A stretch of 54,858 nt of DNA, filler included, from Dirinaria sp. TL-2023a (Eukaryota): assembly GCA_051941275.1 (NCBI GenBank). It is 4 parts of 4 records of this genome, joined end to end, with 100 filler letters (N's around TTAATTAATTAA, not from the genome) between each part and the next. Parts side by side here need not be neighbours in the genome. Positions count along the whole stretch, not along the records: positions 1 to 13,663 come from JAVEBF010000666.1; 3 more parts are not named here. The stretch is one strand, 5' to 3'. Below are positions 1 to 12,294 of this stretch, in pieces. Below the pieces are notes generated by a model. It worked only from the letters and a program-made list of their open reading frames with translations. It was not told where the DNA came from and did no database searches. Position 1 is the stretch's first letter. Each line of letters opens with the position of its first letter. The position numbers and the translations under genes are program-made.

Positions 1-242
1 CCCCCCAACCCCCCCGCGCTTTTGGAAGCTCTGAGAGCGCGGCGCCAAGTCATATAAACACAAGGTCAAAACTTCCCACATCACATGGCTTGCCGCTATG
101 AGACAGGAAGAGAGCACGGAAGAGGTAGGTAGGAAAGCAAGAAAGACGGGATTCATCTTCCCAGCTATGTATGTACGTAAGTATGATTCTCCTCATTCGC
201 TGGCTAAAACAAAAATGACTGTTTTTTTTTTTCTGTGTGGTT

Positions 243-2342
243 TCACGATCGTGACCGACTTGCTGCTGTAGTAGTGGTCCCAACACTACCGACTCGACCG
301 CTTGTCTTGCGAACGCCACCTTTCATCCCTTCTCGACTCTCCGCGCTCTTCCTGACGGGACTGGACCGCATCTTGCTGATCCCCAGAGTCCCGCTGCCGT
401 TGCCGCTCCTGGAGGTCGCCGGAGGACCTTTCGGCGGCGGCGGCGGCGGCTGCGACGACGTCCGCTCTGCTGCTGCTGAAGTCTGCTGTTGACCGGAAGT
501 CTCCATATCCGAGTACAGCGGCGGAGAAGCGTTTTCCTTTGCCGCCGCGGCGCTGTATTTTTCGTTCGTGGTCATCGACGTCGTGTAGCTGACCGTCCTT
601 GTGGTTTCTCCTGCTGCTGGCGAGGTCGAGCTCGTCCGCCGGCTGACCGTTTTCATTTCCCACTCTTCTTCTCCCCCACCTGCGCCTTGACCGGGGCTCT
701 GACGGTGACTTCGCGCCTCGACGGTTTCGGTGTCCGGCTTCGTGACCTCGTTCTCCACGCCGAATGCTGCGGACGTTGTTCTTGAATAAGGGTGATGCCG
801 AGCGTCCACCCGGCTGGTCTTCCGAGGCTGCCCAGGAGTCGGTGCTGGTAGCACCTCGTCTATTGCGTTCGAGGCCGAGTTGACATGGTTTGAAGTCATT
901 TCGCCTAGCGCAGAGCGACTGCCTTGTTGGGTACCGTTAGGAGGTGTGGCGGTCTGGCCGTTGCTGGCAACGTCGTGCTTGTAGCGCAGTGTTTTTGTAG
1001 GCGTTGATGGCAGAACAAGTGCAAGCTTTTCCTTCATAGTGTCCTCCCACCACCATTCACGGAACGTGCCCTGATTCAGATGCAGCCAGTGCTGCTGTGG
1101 TCCTACGACCATCCCTGGCCGCATGAATCGCATGAAAGCAATGACTTCGTTGGCGGTAAAACCGTGACGGTAAATAAGATATGCGCCAATCAGGCAGCCT
1201 GTGCGGCCCAAGCCGGCTTTGCAGTGGACAGCGATTGCCTTATGTTTGATTGTAATCATGTCGTGTGCCAGTTTGATGAATTTTTTGACCATAAGCAGTG
1301 GCGGGCAGGTGCCATCGTCGAAAATCATGTCCAGATGATTGATACCTAGAGCGGTGAAGTACGAAGGGGAATATAATTCAGAATTCAGGCGGACAATGAG
1401 CCCCACATTCCGTTTGGCAAAATGTGATAGTACGTTTTTGAAGCGCTCTGGAAGGTTTGACTTTTTTACAGCAGAAGAATTCTTGGGCAAGGCAGCGAAA
1501 GCGGGCGAGTTCACAGGCACAGGAGCAATTGGCTCGTGTTGTGGAGACGCGAGCGCAATAAAGCAGGGTGTCAGCCAGTTGAAGTCGCCTTGATCTACCC
1601 TCTCATAGCGCTCATACCTTTCAATGGGTTAGCTCAGTTCAATGTGCGAAAGGATGTATTACTCACTCTTCCAGGCTGAAGTCCTTGAACCCACACAGGC
1701 CTTCTTCTTTTGCGCGCCATACGCCATAGACGACGTCCTGCACGCTGATCACGAAATCTGCTTGGCTGTAACCGGCATCACGAAAAGGCATCAAGGGCGG
1801 ATCAGCTTGCGCAATAGGCGCCAGCGCCAAGTGTGGAGGCCACGATTGAATCAGCACCATGTAGCATGCAAGTAGGCATGCTGCATTGGCGCGGCTTCTA
1901 GAATCAGGTTTGCTCCAGAAAACCACGGGTCTCTCTGCATTGGCCGGGTCTCCCAAGATATTATGTAGCTGGACAGCGAAACGGTACAGATGTCCGATAT
2001 GCAGTGGGCCGAAATCGGCATGGAAACGATTATACAGCAGGTCGTCATCGCACGTGAAATACACAGGTGGGTTCCCTTGAACGTTGGATGACGCTGCATC
2101 GGGCGCTGGTGTGGCTTTCGAGGACCGCTTGGTGGGCGACCTTGCTGTAGTGGCAGGATATGGAAAAGGTGTAGCCTCGTTTGGGGGTTGAGTGTAAGCC
2201 GCAATGTAGACACGATCTGTCCACCGGTATTAGTATTGAAGGGGGTCGGCGCAAGGATTTGCGTACTTTGAATATATTCGATCACCTGGCCATAGCTAGT
2301 GCTTGCAGGAGACACAGTTGCTCTTGCCGCAAGATGCGGCAT
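243..2342 (-). CDS. CDC14: Cdc14 dual-specificity protein phosphatase (3 exons; introns 2217-2266, 1618-1666)
   Basis: Catalytic HCKAGLGRTG motif, 'FHADFGPLHIGHLYRF' N-domain and 'RFMRPGMVVGPQQHWL'. Both GT-AG introns have CTAAY branch points and restore the frame (IQ-N-RVY; EE-YERY). Confidence 0.96.
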
Positions 2343-3629
2343 AGTGCTGAGTATAATCTGACTCCTCGGTAAGGTAGGTAAGGCAAATAAGACTTTAAGA
2401 GCTAACGAGTCCGCGAGTCAAAAGATGGAAGCAGCGACTTTGCGAAGAGCAGTCACCAGCGCTTGCAGATGCTTGATGATTACTTCGAAAGGATAAAGTA
2501 GCCACCAGTCGAGATGCCAGACTTCAGTCAGTGAACTGGAAGCGCAGTGGGTCTCTGGTCCCTCAGTGCAAGGATCGGGGATTTTATCCCAGCTCTGTGG
2601 TCGAATAATACTAAACAACAAATACATCAAGTAAGGTACCGTACAATAATGAGCGAAGTGTGTATTAGATGCCAAGCCAACGCAACGCGGCTTTGCATAG
2701 CAACCGGGCCGTCAATTTGTCCGGGCGACTGAAGCACGCGATCACGTGTACGGACACAGAATTAGATAAGTAAGGTACCTTATTTTACACATCATGCAAA
2801 TGATTGGCCGTTTCATATGTTCTTATTTCCTCACGGATTCATAAGATACCTTATTTGGCTATCTCTAAAATAGAAATTGGTATTTGAGAAGAATTTCAAC
2901 CTTACAAGACTTTGAGTCTTATATCTGTGGCAACTCTCCCGAGTCGAGCGATTGCCAGTTTTTCAGGGTTGTTGATCAAGACCTCGAGTTTCAGATTTGT
3001 TACGTAACCTAAGAGGGTGAGATCATGATCAGGCCAGATTTTTTTTTTGCGATGTCTATAGAGGTCTAAGTCCAGTCTATTTCATGTTCGGAGCAACGGT
3101 GCAACAATAATGCTTACCTGCTGGAGTAGACAAGAGCAAACAGGTGTAAGTAATGCGTTCAAGTTAAAAGCCCGCAGCGATCTGAAGATAGGAAGAGCAT
3201 CTTGCTCTGTGTTCAAGATGTCAGACTTGGAGGCTGGGAGTCCAATTCGAGAATTTGCACGGTTTATTTTCAATGGCATTGCATTCGTAAACAGTGCAAC
3301 TGCGGTCCACTAATACCCTAACGCTGATCCTTTTCACCTTTGGGGCTTCCGGTTTCTCGACAAGGCTCTTGTGTAACCACACCTGCCAATCGGATTTACA
3401 TACATGTAAGGTATACTTTATGCATCCTGTATCCCAAGGCACCTTAGCTGTCTATCAATCCACGCCCCATCTCAAATCAACCTCAGCCGCGCAGCCTGAT
3501 AAATGAGCACTCAGGACATACAAGGCAATAGGTATAATGATGCAAGCAGCAAATGCTCTCACCCGTTGCACTCGATCATCCTGATGTCGAGGTTTTCGTG
3601 TCGATCTCCGATACAAACCGCCGCCCAAC

Positions 3630-6020
3630 ATGCCTTTGCCTACTCATTTCCAGCTTGCTGTCGAGCTCACTAATTCGTTCCCTGCGCGCGAGATTGCTGG
3701 TCAAGCTTACCATCGAGTCCTCGGTTTCGCTCGAGATCTGAAACGATCAGGTTCAGATCTAGTCGTCGAGGAAGATCTTGCCGCAACTTTCGGTCGGGGC
3801 CAAGTCAACAAAGAGGTCGAAAAACGCTTCAAGGCCGCTGTTCTAAGAAACACCCACCTCCACCCACTGTATCGGAATAGCGAAGTAGGCCTTGATACCA
3901 GAGCTGGTCCAACGCTCAATCGAGCCATTACCGATCCTGACCGCTATTACATGTCCACAGTGATTCAATTATCATTGCTTGGATGGGTCCATGGTCGGAA
4001 TGGTCTGGCCTCGACCTTGGCTGAGTGTATGAATAAACGCTTCGAGATGCAGTTGCCCGAAGCTAGGCCAACGCCTGGATACGAAGGAATCTTTGGTATG
4101 CTGGAAGCGTGCAGCTCGCAGACCAGCGATTTCAATTGGAGCAATTATTTAATGTCTGTGGAGGCGCGACTTGGACCAGGCTGTATAAACAACGACAGGC
4201 GTTCTGTGTATCTTCGTCTGAAGCCAGAGACATTGCTGGCGACGATGGATTACTTCTACATTACTCAAAAGTTTCCTGAGGACCGGCAGATCATCTTTGG
4301 GCATTATGAAGGAATCTTGACCATTATTACTTGGGCATATCATGTCCTTGATTTGACAGTCCTTGTCAAAGGAGCTCCGGGTGGAGATGTGATATTTGGC
4401 AAAAGAATTCATTTCCCACAAGTCATTATTGTGTGGAGCCCGTATCAGGACGAACAGTGGCAGGAAGTTTGCCTCCTCGACAAGAACTCAGAAGTTGTCT
4501 TAAGAACAGAAAAAGACGAAATGACTTTCACATGTCTCGAGGCACGCGAGAGACTTCCATTGCAGAACTACGGTACTATACTTCTACACAGAGAATTCAA
4601 CCGGTACGTCTCCGTCTTAAAAAATGAACCTGTACATACGGATGCTGCGCAAATGATAGTGGCCATGGCTATCGTAGATTCGAGGAAATTGCTTCGTACC
4701 GCTCCCTATGAGAATGTGACCTTCTCTCCATTGAGGATAGAGCGATGGCGAATCATCAATTTTGCCGGCATCATCTTCCAAGACTTGACTTTAGACATAA
4801 GGGCTGTTGATGCATTCGCTGATGTTCTGATCAACGATGAGGACTATGCACGTGGAGGACCTTTGCCCAGATCACTCGAGCTACATTTAGAAAAGACCAA
4901 ACGATGGACGCAGGGTATACCTAGCAGCTGTCTTGGCTTGCTCCGCAGACTTGCTCGTCTCACTCTGGTCTTTAGTAATGTTGCAGGCGTAGAAGATAGC
5001 GCCAATCTTCCATTGATTGCCGATCTCAGTCATCTTGACTGGTTTGCTTCGCCTAATCTAAGTTTCGACAGCAGTGACGCAGTTCCGGAGTCAAAGTTTT
5101 TGAATCTGGCGGCTAGTATCTTACTCGGAAATCGCAGCTTCCATCAGATCAATAAAACCGATTCATCGATCGATGATCGAACGTTCCTCGTTAGTGATTA
5201 TGGCTGGAGTGTTTTCGTGAGTGCTGTTGGAGACGTAGATCCCGCATCGATTCACCCGGAGCTGCTCTATTTGAAGAAAGGTGTCCCTACAAAGCTACGC
5301 ACCGGCGAACGCAGATCGGTCATCAGAGACGCTGATCGAGATTTGTTTTCTAGCGATCAGATGTCTCTTACTCCAACATTGGCAGTAGCAGACAGAGGGA
5401 GATCCTACAATCCGCGCTCAATATACCGCTTCAAACAACGTGCAGAATACTATGCCGTGCTCAAGGACTCCTTTCAATTGAATATTCGGTTCAGCGGGGA
5501 AGAGTTACGCCCAATCAAGGACACGGATGAGGCCGTACGAGCCAGGAATGACGGCGCGGCTCGTGCCTTTTTCGAACTTCCTCTCGAAGAATCATTAGCC
5601 AGTTCATCCTCCACAGGCGAAAGGTGGCAATCCTTTACGTACACGGTGTCTTACCGGCAACTCCATCGATGTTTGTGGGACATGATCTACACCCCGCCGT
5701 GCAGTCATTCTATAGGAGCTCCAAAGGGAACACCTACACCGACAAGCCACCAGACAAGGCTGGGTTTAGGGATAGCAACGGGGAATATTTTTGGTTGGGT
5801 GGATGAACAAGACGAGGAACCTGGTAGACCCGAGGTTGGCGCCCCAGAAAGAATAATCATTCTTCTAGTCAAGGATGATCGATTAGCGAGATGGCTAGCG
5901 GTTGCCGAAGCGGCTTCCAGTCGAGCCAGGCGGACGATGTTGCGAACTCAGGAGTGCTGTGAAGATTGCGCTCTGGATGCTGTCAACCAGTTCCCGGGAA
6001 AATGGTTCCTCATCATCTGA
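3630..6020 (+). CDS. Uncharacterised 796-aa fungal protein, intronless
   Basis: Long ATG-initiated ORF with globular-like composition and a C-terminal CCEDC...WFLII motif. No recognised domain. Confidence 0.8.
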   Translation: MPLPTHFQLAVELTNSFPAREIAGQAYHRVLGFARDLKRSGSDLVVEEDLAATFGRGQVNKEVEKRFKAAVLRNTHLHPLYRNSEVGLDTRAGPTLNRAITDPDRYYMSTVIQLSLLGWVHGRNGLASTLAECMNKRFEMQLPEARPTPGYEGIFGMLEACSSQTSDFNWSNYLMSVEARLGPGCINNDRRSVYLRLKPETLLATMDYFYITQKFPEDRQIIFGHYEGILTIITWAYHVLDLTVLVKGAPGGDVIFGKRIHFPQVIIVWSPYQDEQWQEVCLLDKNSEVVLRTEKDEMTFTCLEARERLPLQNYGTILLHREFNRYVSVLKNEPVHTDAAQMIVAMAIVDSRKLLRTAPYENVTFSPLRIERWRIINFAGIIFQDLTLDIRAVDAFADVLINDEDYARGGPLPRSLELHLEKTKRWTQGIPSSCLGLLRRLARLTLVFSNVAGVEDSANLPLIADLSHLDWFASPNLSFDSSDAVPESKFLNLAASILLGNRSFHQINKTDSSIDDRTFLVSDYGWSVFVSAVGDVDPASIHPELLYLKKGVPTKLRTGERRSVIRDADRDLFSSDQMSLTPTLAVADRGRSYNPRSIYRFKQRAEYYAVLKDSFQLNIRFSGEELRPIKDTDEAVRARNDGAARAFFELPLEESLASSSSTGERWQSFTYTVSYRQLHRCLWDMIYTPPCSHSIGAPKGTPTPTSHQTRLGLGIATGNIFGWVDEQDEEPGRPEVGAPERIIILLVKDDRLARWLAVAEAASSRARRTMLRTQECCEDCALDAVNQFPGKWFLII

Positions 6021-7087
6021 TGACCCAAATCCTCCTCGCGATTGGTATTCAGAAACCCAAGCGACTGATCATTAATATGACCGAATCCGAGAAAAGACGG
6101 TGAAACCGACAATTCGTACTCGAAGTACAGCGATAATTAAACGAGAAAGCTTATCGTTCGAACGAGATTGCCAGACTGACCGCGTCGAGTCGAGCTCTTC
6201 AGGTCGTGTTACGAGCATAGATTAAAGCGACCTCCTACGCACGGTGTATACATATGTATTAGTGCTGTGTGATGGTGGTTGATGTAATCTTAGGACCGGT
6301 GCAGAGTCGAGTCAGCGCTGATTCCAAATAAGACATTCGTTGGAATCAGCCCTACCATAGGCCGATGATATCCCCCACCGGCGTGAGCCATATGTATGCA
6401 GTTCACCTTAGCATACCTAGACTTTCCTCCCTCAATGCTGTTCATGTTGCGTGTACACGTATTCCATCAACATCAACATCAACTATGGAGGAGGGGACAT
6501 GGATACAATTGGGGTGCGGGAAGAGAAGGCAAGGCAAGGCGATCCTTTCTCGAGGTGATAGCTACTATTCAGTACTTCTTCCTCATTGATCGAAGAGTCG
6601 TCAACCCCTTGCTTAACTATTTTTCCGTCACTTCGATTTTATCTACCTTACCCGCGCCTTGTCGCAAGGATGTTTTAAGCAAACGCCATTTTTTGTATTC
6701 TTGGAATTTATGGAAAGATCTAGAAGCTGAATGTCCTACTCGAAGTTTTGTGCGCAAAAGAACGGAGTGGCCATGCCTTTCACTTTTCCATTTCGCAAAC
6801 TCTCTCGCACTCTCATGCTGCCAAGTGTAAGATTGCATGCAGCTTCTTTCTCTTCTTCTTCTTCGATCAAAAATGGACAAGTCTACATAATCAGTGCACG
6901 TACATAACTCAGCTCAGAACCCCCCCAACACACGCGATAAAAGGGGAAATTTTCCACAGCAGTAATACCATACGTACCTAGCCACACACAAAGTTCGTCG
7001 CTGCTAAAACTATGTCGATTCTCGGGATCCTTTCGGTCCTTTTAGCGGCTAGATAATAGCAGATCACTTTGAGTCGTGTTCCTGAGC

Positions 7088-8300
7088 TTAGATCCCGGAG
7101 ATGAGAGCTGATTGATTATCGTCGCCGGGCAAGAAGGAGAAGCTGCGTTGGTGGTTTCTAGGATGATGAGAGTCGATTGCTGACTGTGGGGTTCCCTGTG
7201 TTTCGGATGTATGTGTAGGCGTGAAACGAGTCCCTCGCTTTTGCTCAGCGGGTTGAGTACCGCTTGTTTTGGGGCCACTAGTGGTTCTTTTGTGCAATGA
7301 GTTCGCTTCTCTGAGCTCGTTGCATGTATCTAGGACCTCGTTGTGGATCTGGTGCGGGTGGCATTGTATTCGGCTGGCTAGGCGTTCCGTCAAGCGGGAA
7401 ATCAGCAGCGCTGGATGGGACGATGCGGGATGTTCGGTCCATAGCGACAGGTTCTCGGGGTCTGTTGTTGGGGCTGGGAAAGCTTCCTTCTCTGGTAGCG
7501 TGTTGCATTTGCGTGGGGGAGCTGGTTTGTGGTGGGGTGGAGGGGTTAAGATTGTCTCTACCTTCTCGTCTGCCGCGAGCACGGCACGAGTAATGAGCGT
7601 CATGTTTCGAGATGGTGAGATGTACTGCCGGCGCGTGCGATCTGCGGTCGTTAGTTAGTTAGCGGTATGAGCAAGTTGTGCTGTTGTCGTAGGAGAGAGG
7701 TATACCTTTTTGGGGGCTGTTCTCGCTGGAGCTATGGATGGGATGGCTATCAACATGCGCCACCGGTAGTCGAGAAACAGGAGCTGCGCTGCTGCCTGAT
7801 TGAAAGCCCTGCTGCGGGGATAAATCCGTCCCACCACTGGCTGCTTCTTCAAGCACGGCGCGACCGGCCACTTCTCGTTTCCGCAGATACAGCTCCATCG
7901 TCTGCCGGAAACGCTCATTGTCCTCCATGTGGCTCTCAATTTCCTTGCGCAGTTCCTCCAAGAGCCGCTCGTTCTCCTTTCCGAGCCGACGGTGGTCTTC
8001 GACGAGCCGTAGGATCAGGTTGTTGTAGCGTGCTGGCAGGTCGCCTATCGGGTTGTTCAGGACGTGCTGTTGCAGCGTGTGGCTGAGTATGGTGGGCACG
8101 GGCTCGTAGGCTTCGTCGATTTCTTCGCCTAGGGTTGTCCAGTCGAAAGATGGGACGTCGCTTTGGTCGGTTTCTCCGTTTGTGCTGAGATAAGAGGCTA
8201 ATCTGGATTTGGGCCGTGGCCGTGTTTTGAGAAGCTCGCCGTCGTTAAAGGTTAGTTTCGCTAAACATTCATTGGTAGCACTGAAGTTTGCTCCCAGCAT
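7088..8300 (-). CDS. Uncharacterised protein with coiled-coil segment (2 exons; intron 7642-7705)
   Basis: ORFs 7659-8300 and 7088-7603 join in frame through a GTATAC...GCTAAC...CAG intron (QK-D-RTRRQY). Confidence 0.65.
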
Positions 8301-10018
8301 CGTGGCTTTCGCTGGTGAGTAAGATTTGCAAGCAGGATGTGTTGGATCGTTAGCGGTTGGAGGACTAAAGGAAGAGTACGGTGATAGTTCACAGCAGGTG
8401 ATTATTTGCTTTATTGCCTTCCGTAATCCTTTGGAAAATAAGTTGAGTTATTTCTGAACATAGAAGGCAAAAAGTGTGCTGCAAGTGAAAAAAAAGACGA
8501 ACTTCTTCGGCGTGCGCCAAGCAGGCTTAGAAGGTAAGAGATGTCAATTACTTTGGTTGGCGTAGCGCAAGTACCTACGTCACAATGCAGGGACCAAATT
8601 GCGCGAGGCTATCAGGTCAGCAGAGGTGTGATGGGTTTCTGGATTATTGTGTTACAATATGAGCAGTCGACCTATATTAACACTTACGAAACGTTCCGTA
8701 TCACAAGGCAATGTGACTGTAGTGAAGGAGACCGAGATCCTGCGAGACCAAAGGGATCACAGGCCTTACCGGAACAATTGCTATGATTGAGGCTCGTCGG
8801 TTGCTACATTACATATCCACGGACAGTTGCTATCAGGATGTAGAGACGCTACAATGATACGCGCAGCAATCAACTATCTGAGCTATGCAGGAGCTGGCGG
8901 AAGATGGAGAGTAGGATTGAACGTTGACACCAGCACCATTTCAATCCGAGGCTCCATCATTTGCGCCATCCTGAGCGGTAGAACGGGTCAGGACCAGGAT
9001 ATGTTTGACAACATGGTGTTCCAATTGAGCCGCGCTCTGAATGGTGGAACAAAGGTAATGGACATTTCCGGCTCACTGATATTCCATCGCTGTTGGGAGA
9101 CATTGGCTCGCTCTTGATCCGACATACTTTTCGACAGATTCAGTCAAAGCAAGGCGTGGCGCAATCACTGATTACAGTTAGAGTGAGTCTTCAAGTGGCG
9201 CTGGTCTGGGTGGTTATGGGAAGGAACCTCGTCAATTAGACTTCACACTCTCCGCGAGCGATGGATCGTTCTCCATTAGACGCACTTTTGAAATTCACAA
9301 ATATTCCACTGGTATGCTTTGAGTTTTGTAACGTTATTGATGAACTAAACTAAACGAATGAGGTACAAAAAGGCGCGTTACGCGCTTAACGCGCTTGTGG
9401 CCGAGCGGCAAAGATCGTTCTTCCTGCGAACCTCACTCTGTCCATAGACTACAAGTCTATTGTAGTCTATGCTCTTCATCTGTGCCTGGAAGATCTCGTT
9501 CTCCGATTGGCGTTTAACTTGGTTGAAATAATCGACGTATTGTGCTCGTAGGAAAAAAAGAATGTTCGATATTGCTCCGCTAATGAGTGATTTGTGTCTT
9601 CCTTCTTTTGCTACTCTGATCGGAAAAGTCTTGCGTACCATAATCCTCGCGGCAACGGACTCGAGCGTAGCGTCGAAGAGTCCCATGGATCAGTCTGGAT
9701 GTAATAAAATGATAGACACTCTATCATCTTCGCAAGCAGGGCTGCCACCGAAGAACACTATCCGACACACCAGTTTTTGTGCCCTGCCCCGCCATTCGGA
9801 ATAATATCAATATCGAAAGTTAGAAAATCTCGAAAGCCCATTTTTTTCAGGGCATAAACGAGAGAAGAGGTGGAATGGCCATTTGCTTAAGACTCCGTTA
9901 GCGCTTCGATATGTACCGTATCCTGAGCCTGCAGGTTTCGGGTATGAGGTATACTGCATGCGCTGCGGCGCTGCACGATGTTTAGAAGGTGTGAAGGAGG
10001 TTTAGATGTATTGGCTGC

Positions 10019-12294
10019 CTATTGGCGGGGCTGACCAACATCCATGGGCTTACCGCCGTTTGTGCGCGACTGAGCTTGCGAAGAGCGGCCGATCAAGCGG
10101 CTTGCAAAGAGGCTGACTTTTGATTGCGGCTTCTTCTGCACTCCTTGATACGGCGTCAAATCAAAACCGTCGGTACGGCCCGGGGATGGCCGCGAAGCTT
10201 TCATCATCTGGGGCGGAGTTTTCAAACCAATACTCTCTCGCGTGAATCTCATGAGGCGCTGGCCAGTGGTAGGGAATTGCGAGGAGATGTGTGCGAGGTT
10301 GAGGCGCGCTTGAGAAATTCCCCGAGTAGCTGCGTTTGGATAGCGAAAGTCTGGATCGGGCGGCGACGCCAGGATCTGAGCTTCGATGGTTGCTCTCATG
10401 TCGTCATGCCAGTGACAACTCAAGTCACGGACTCGTTCTCCATTCGGTGCGTCCACGGCATAGATTGACAAGCTTCCCCCAAAAAGAATCTTTCTCAAGT
10501 TGTAGGCGAGGTCGGGGCTACCGTCAGCCATTCTCGGGCCGTCATAGGGAGGAGGGTCGAGTTGCATTCTATCGACAGGAGCTGGGTGTGCTTCAACTGG
10601 CTCTAAGGTGGAGTACTGTTCAATAGTAGACGGATATTCGAACTGCTGGTGCTGATCGCGGTCAACGGCCATTTGTTCATCCACGTATCCCTTTCCATCG
10701 ATGGGAACGGGGTATACTTCAACTGGCTCTAGCGTGGAGAATTGTTCGACAGTAGACGAATATTCGAACTCCGGTCGTTGAGCGCGGTCAGCAGCCGTTG
10801 ATTGAGCCATGTGCCCCTTTCCGTCGACGGGAGCTGGGTACACCTCAACTGGCTCTAGTGTGGAGTACTGTTCGATAACAGACGCATATTCGAACGCCTG
10901 TTGTTGATTGTGGCCAACGGTCATTGGCTCAGCCATGTACTCTTTTCCAGCTTTCTCAGCTTCTTCGTCCTCTTCAGTCTTTGTTGGATAAGACGCTTCG
11001 TCTATGTCCATGCTCTCGGTACCACGACGGAATAAGCCCTTTTCTTTGCAGGGACAATTTTCCGTTGGATCGAGAGTGCAAAGAGCAGCACACTTGCACT
11101 CTTGATCACACATGCAGGCCATCTCGGGAGCAACGCGATTGACTTTCTTAGCAGGCTCCTCGAGGTTGTAAATGCTGATATGTCGATAAGTTTTGTTCTT
11201 TGTCTCATGATACTGAGCTCGTTGTTGGTCACGGCCGCGTTCGTGAACTTCTTCTCCTTGTGCGGTATTATCGTGGTGATCAACGTGTGATGCTTGGTTT
11301 GTAGCCATGTTATTTGCTTTTGATCGCTTGCTGTGTTTGAGCGTGATTGGGATGCTTTCGTTGCTGATCCGAAGGACCTCGTGCGTTGATACAGGGTGAC
11401 TGGCAAGGAGTCGTTTGGCTCTTGTTTTCTCGAATTCTTCAAATTTAACGATGGTGCGATATTTCTCGGCCAAGCCGCCAAAAATCATGCCGCATGCCAT
11501 GTTGCGGACGTCTCGCAGGCCACATACTTTGTTAGTACCACGAGAAATCGGTAAGGTGGCCTTTGCTTCCAAGTTGCGCTTTTGTTTCACAAGTACGGCT
11601 CGATTCATGATTCCTTCGACTAAAGGATCATACAAGAACTTCTCGTGCTGTGCTAAGGTAGCCTTCCATGCACCAGCCTTGATTGGATCTGGAAGGTCCA
11701 AGCCTTTGCTATCATATTTGAAGAAGTCGTCGCCGGGATGGATGAAACCGTTCGCTAAGCGAATGTTGATCTCGTGTAGTCGTTCTTGAAGTTTGGCACA
11801 GGTGGCATAGTACAAGTCCTCGAGCTCAGCAAGGTCATTGATGTCGATAGAGGTCCAGCCCTTCGAGAAGACCTTCTCGTTTCGAAGAACGAAGAAGATA
11901 ACGTCATTGGGCCCCCATGAGAGCTTCTATTTTTCCGTTAATAAGATTGAACTGGCCTGAATATCGAATGGACTTACAGTTGGAGCAATGACTTTGCTAG
12001 CCTTGTAAAGGTGCACAGCAATGAGGCGGAGATGACAAGCAATGTACCCTTCCGGATGCTTGATTTTGCCCAAGGTCGCATAGGCGCCTTCAGCAGAAGA
12101 ACAATTAGCCTTATGTCCGAAACAGTGTGCATTGCTTACAAGCGCCACGGCATTGGTAGCATAGGCCTCGCTGTCATGGGTTGGCTATGGAGTGAAAGCT
12201 TACCTGCGAAAGAGTACTCCAGCGTCACCCCTGGCGGATACGGATCTGGCAATTTGCCGACAACACGGGCTTCAAACCCGATTGCTTTAGCCAT
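10019..12294 (-). CDS. Uncharacterised protein with Cys cluster and 42-aa tandem repeats (3 exons; introns 12088-12203, 11927-11977)
   Basis: ATG in good context (ACAATGG) at 12294. Two GTAAG...AG introns give a continuous frame into the 598-aa ORF. Confidence 0.72.
10571..10894 (-). repeat. Coding tandem repeat, 126-nt (42-aa) period, about 2.6 copies
   Basis: TCAACTGGCTCTA recurs at about 10593, 10719 and 10845. The protein shows FEYxSxxEQYSTLEPVExxPxPxD three times. Confidence 0.92.

Noticed and set aside
6365..6981. 144-aa and neighbouring short ORFs
   Set aside because: No protein-like motif or consistent gene model; probably UTR or intergenic.
10571..10894. 126-nt repeats as a CRISPR-like array
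   Set aside because: They are in-frame coding repeats in a eukaryotic gene with no repeat-spacer structure.
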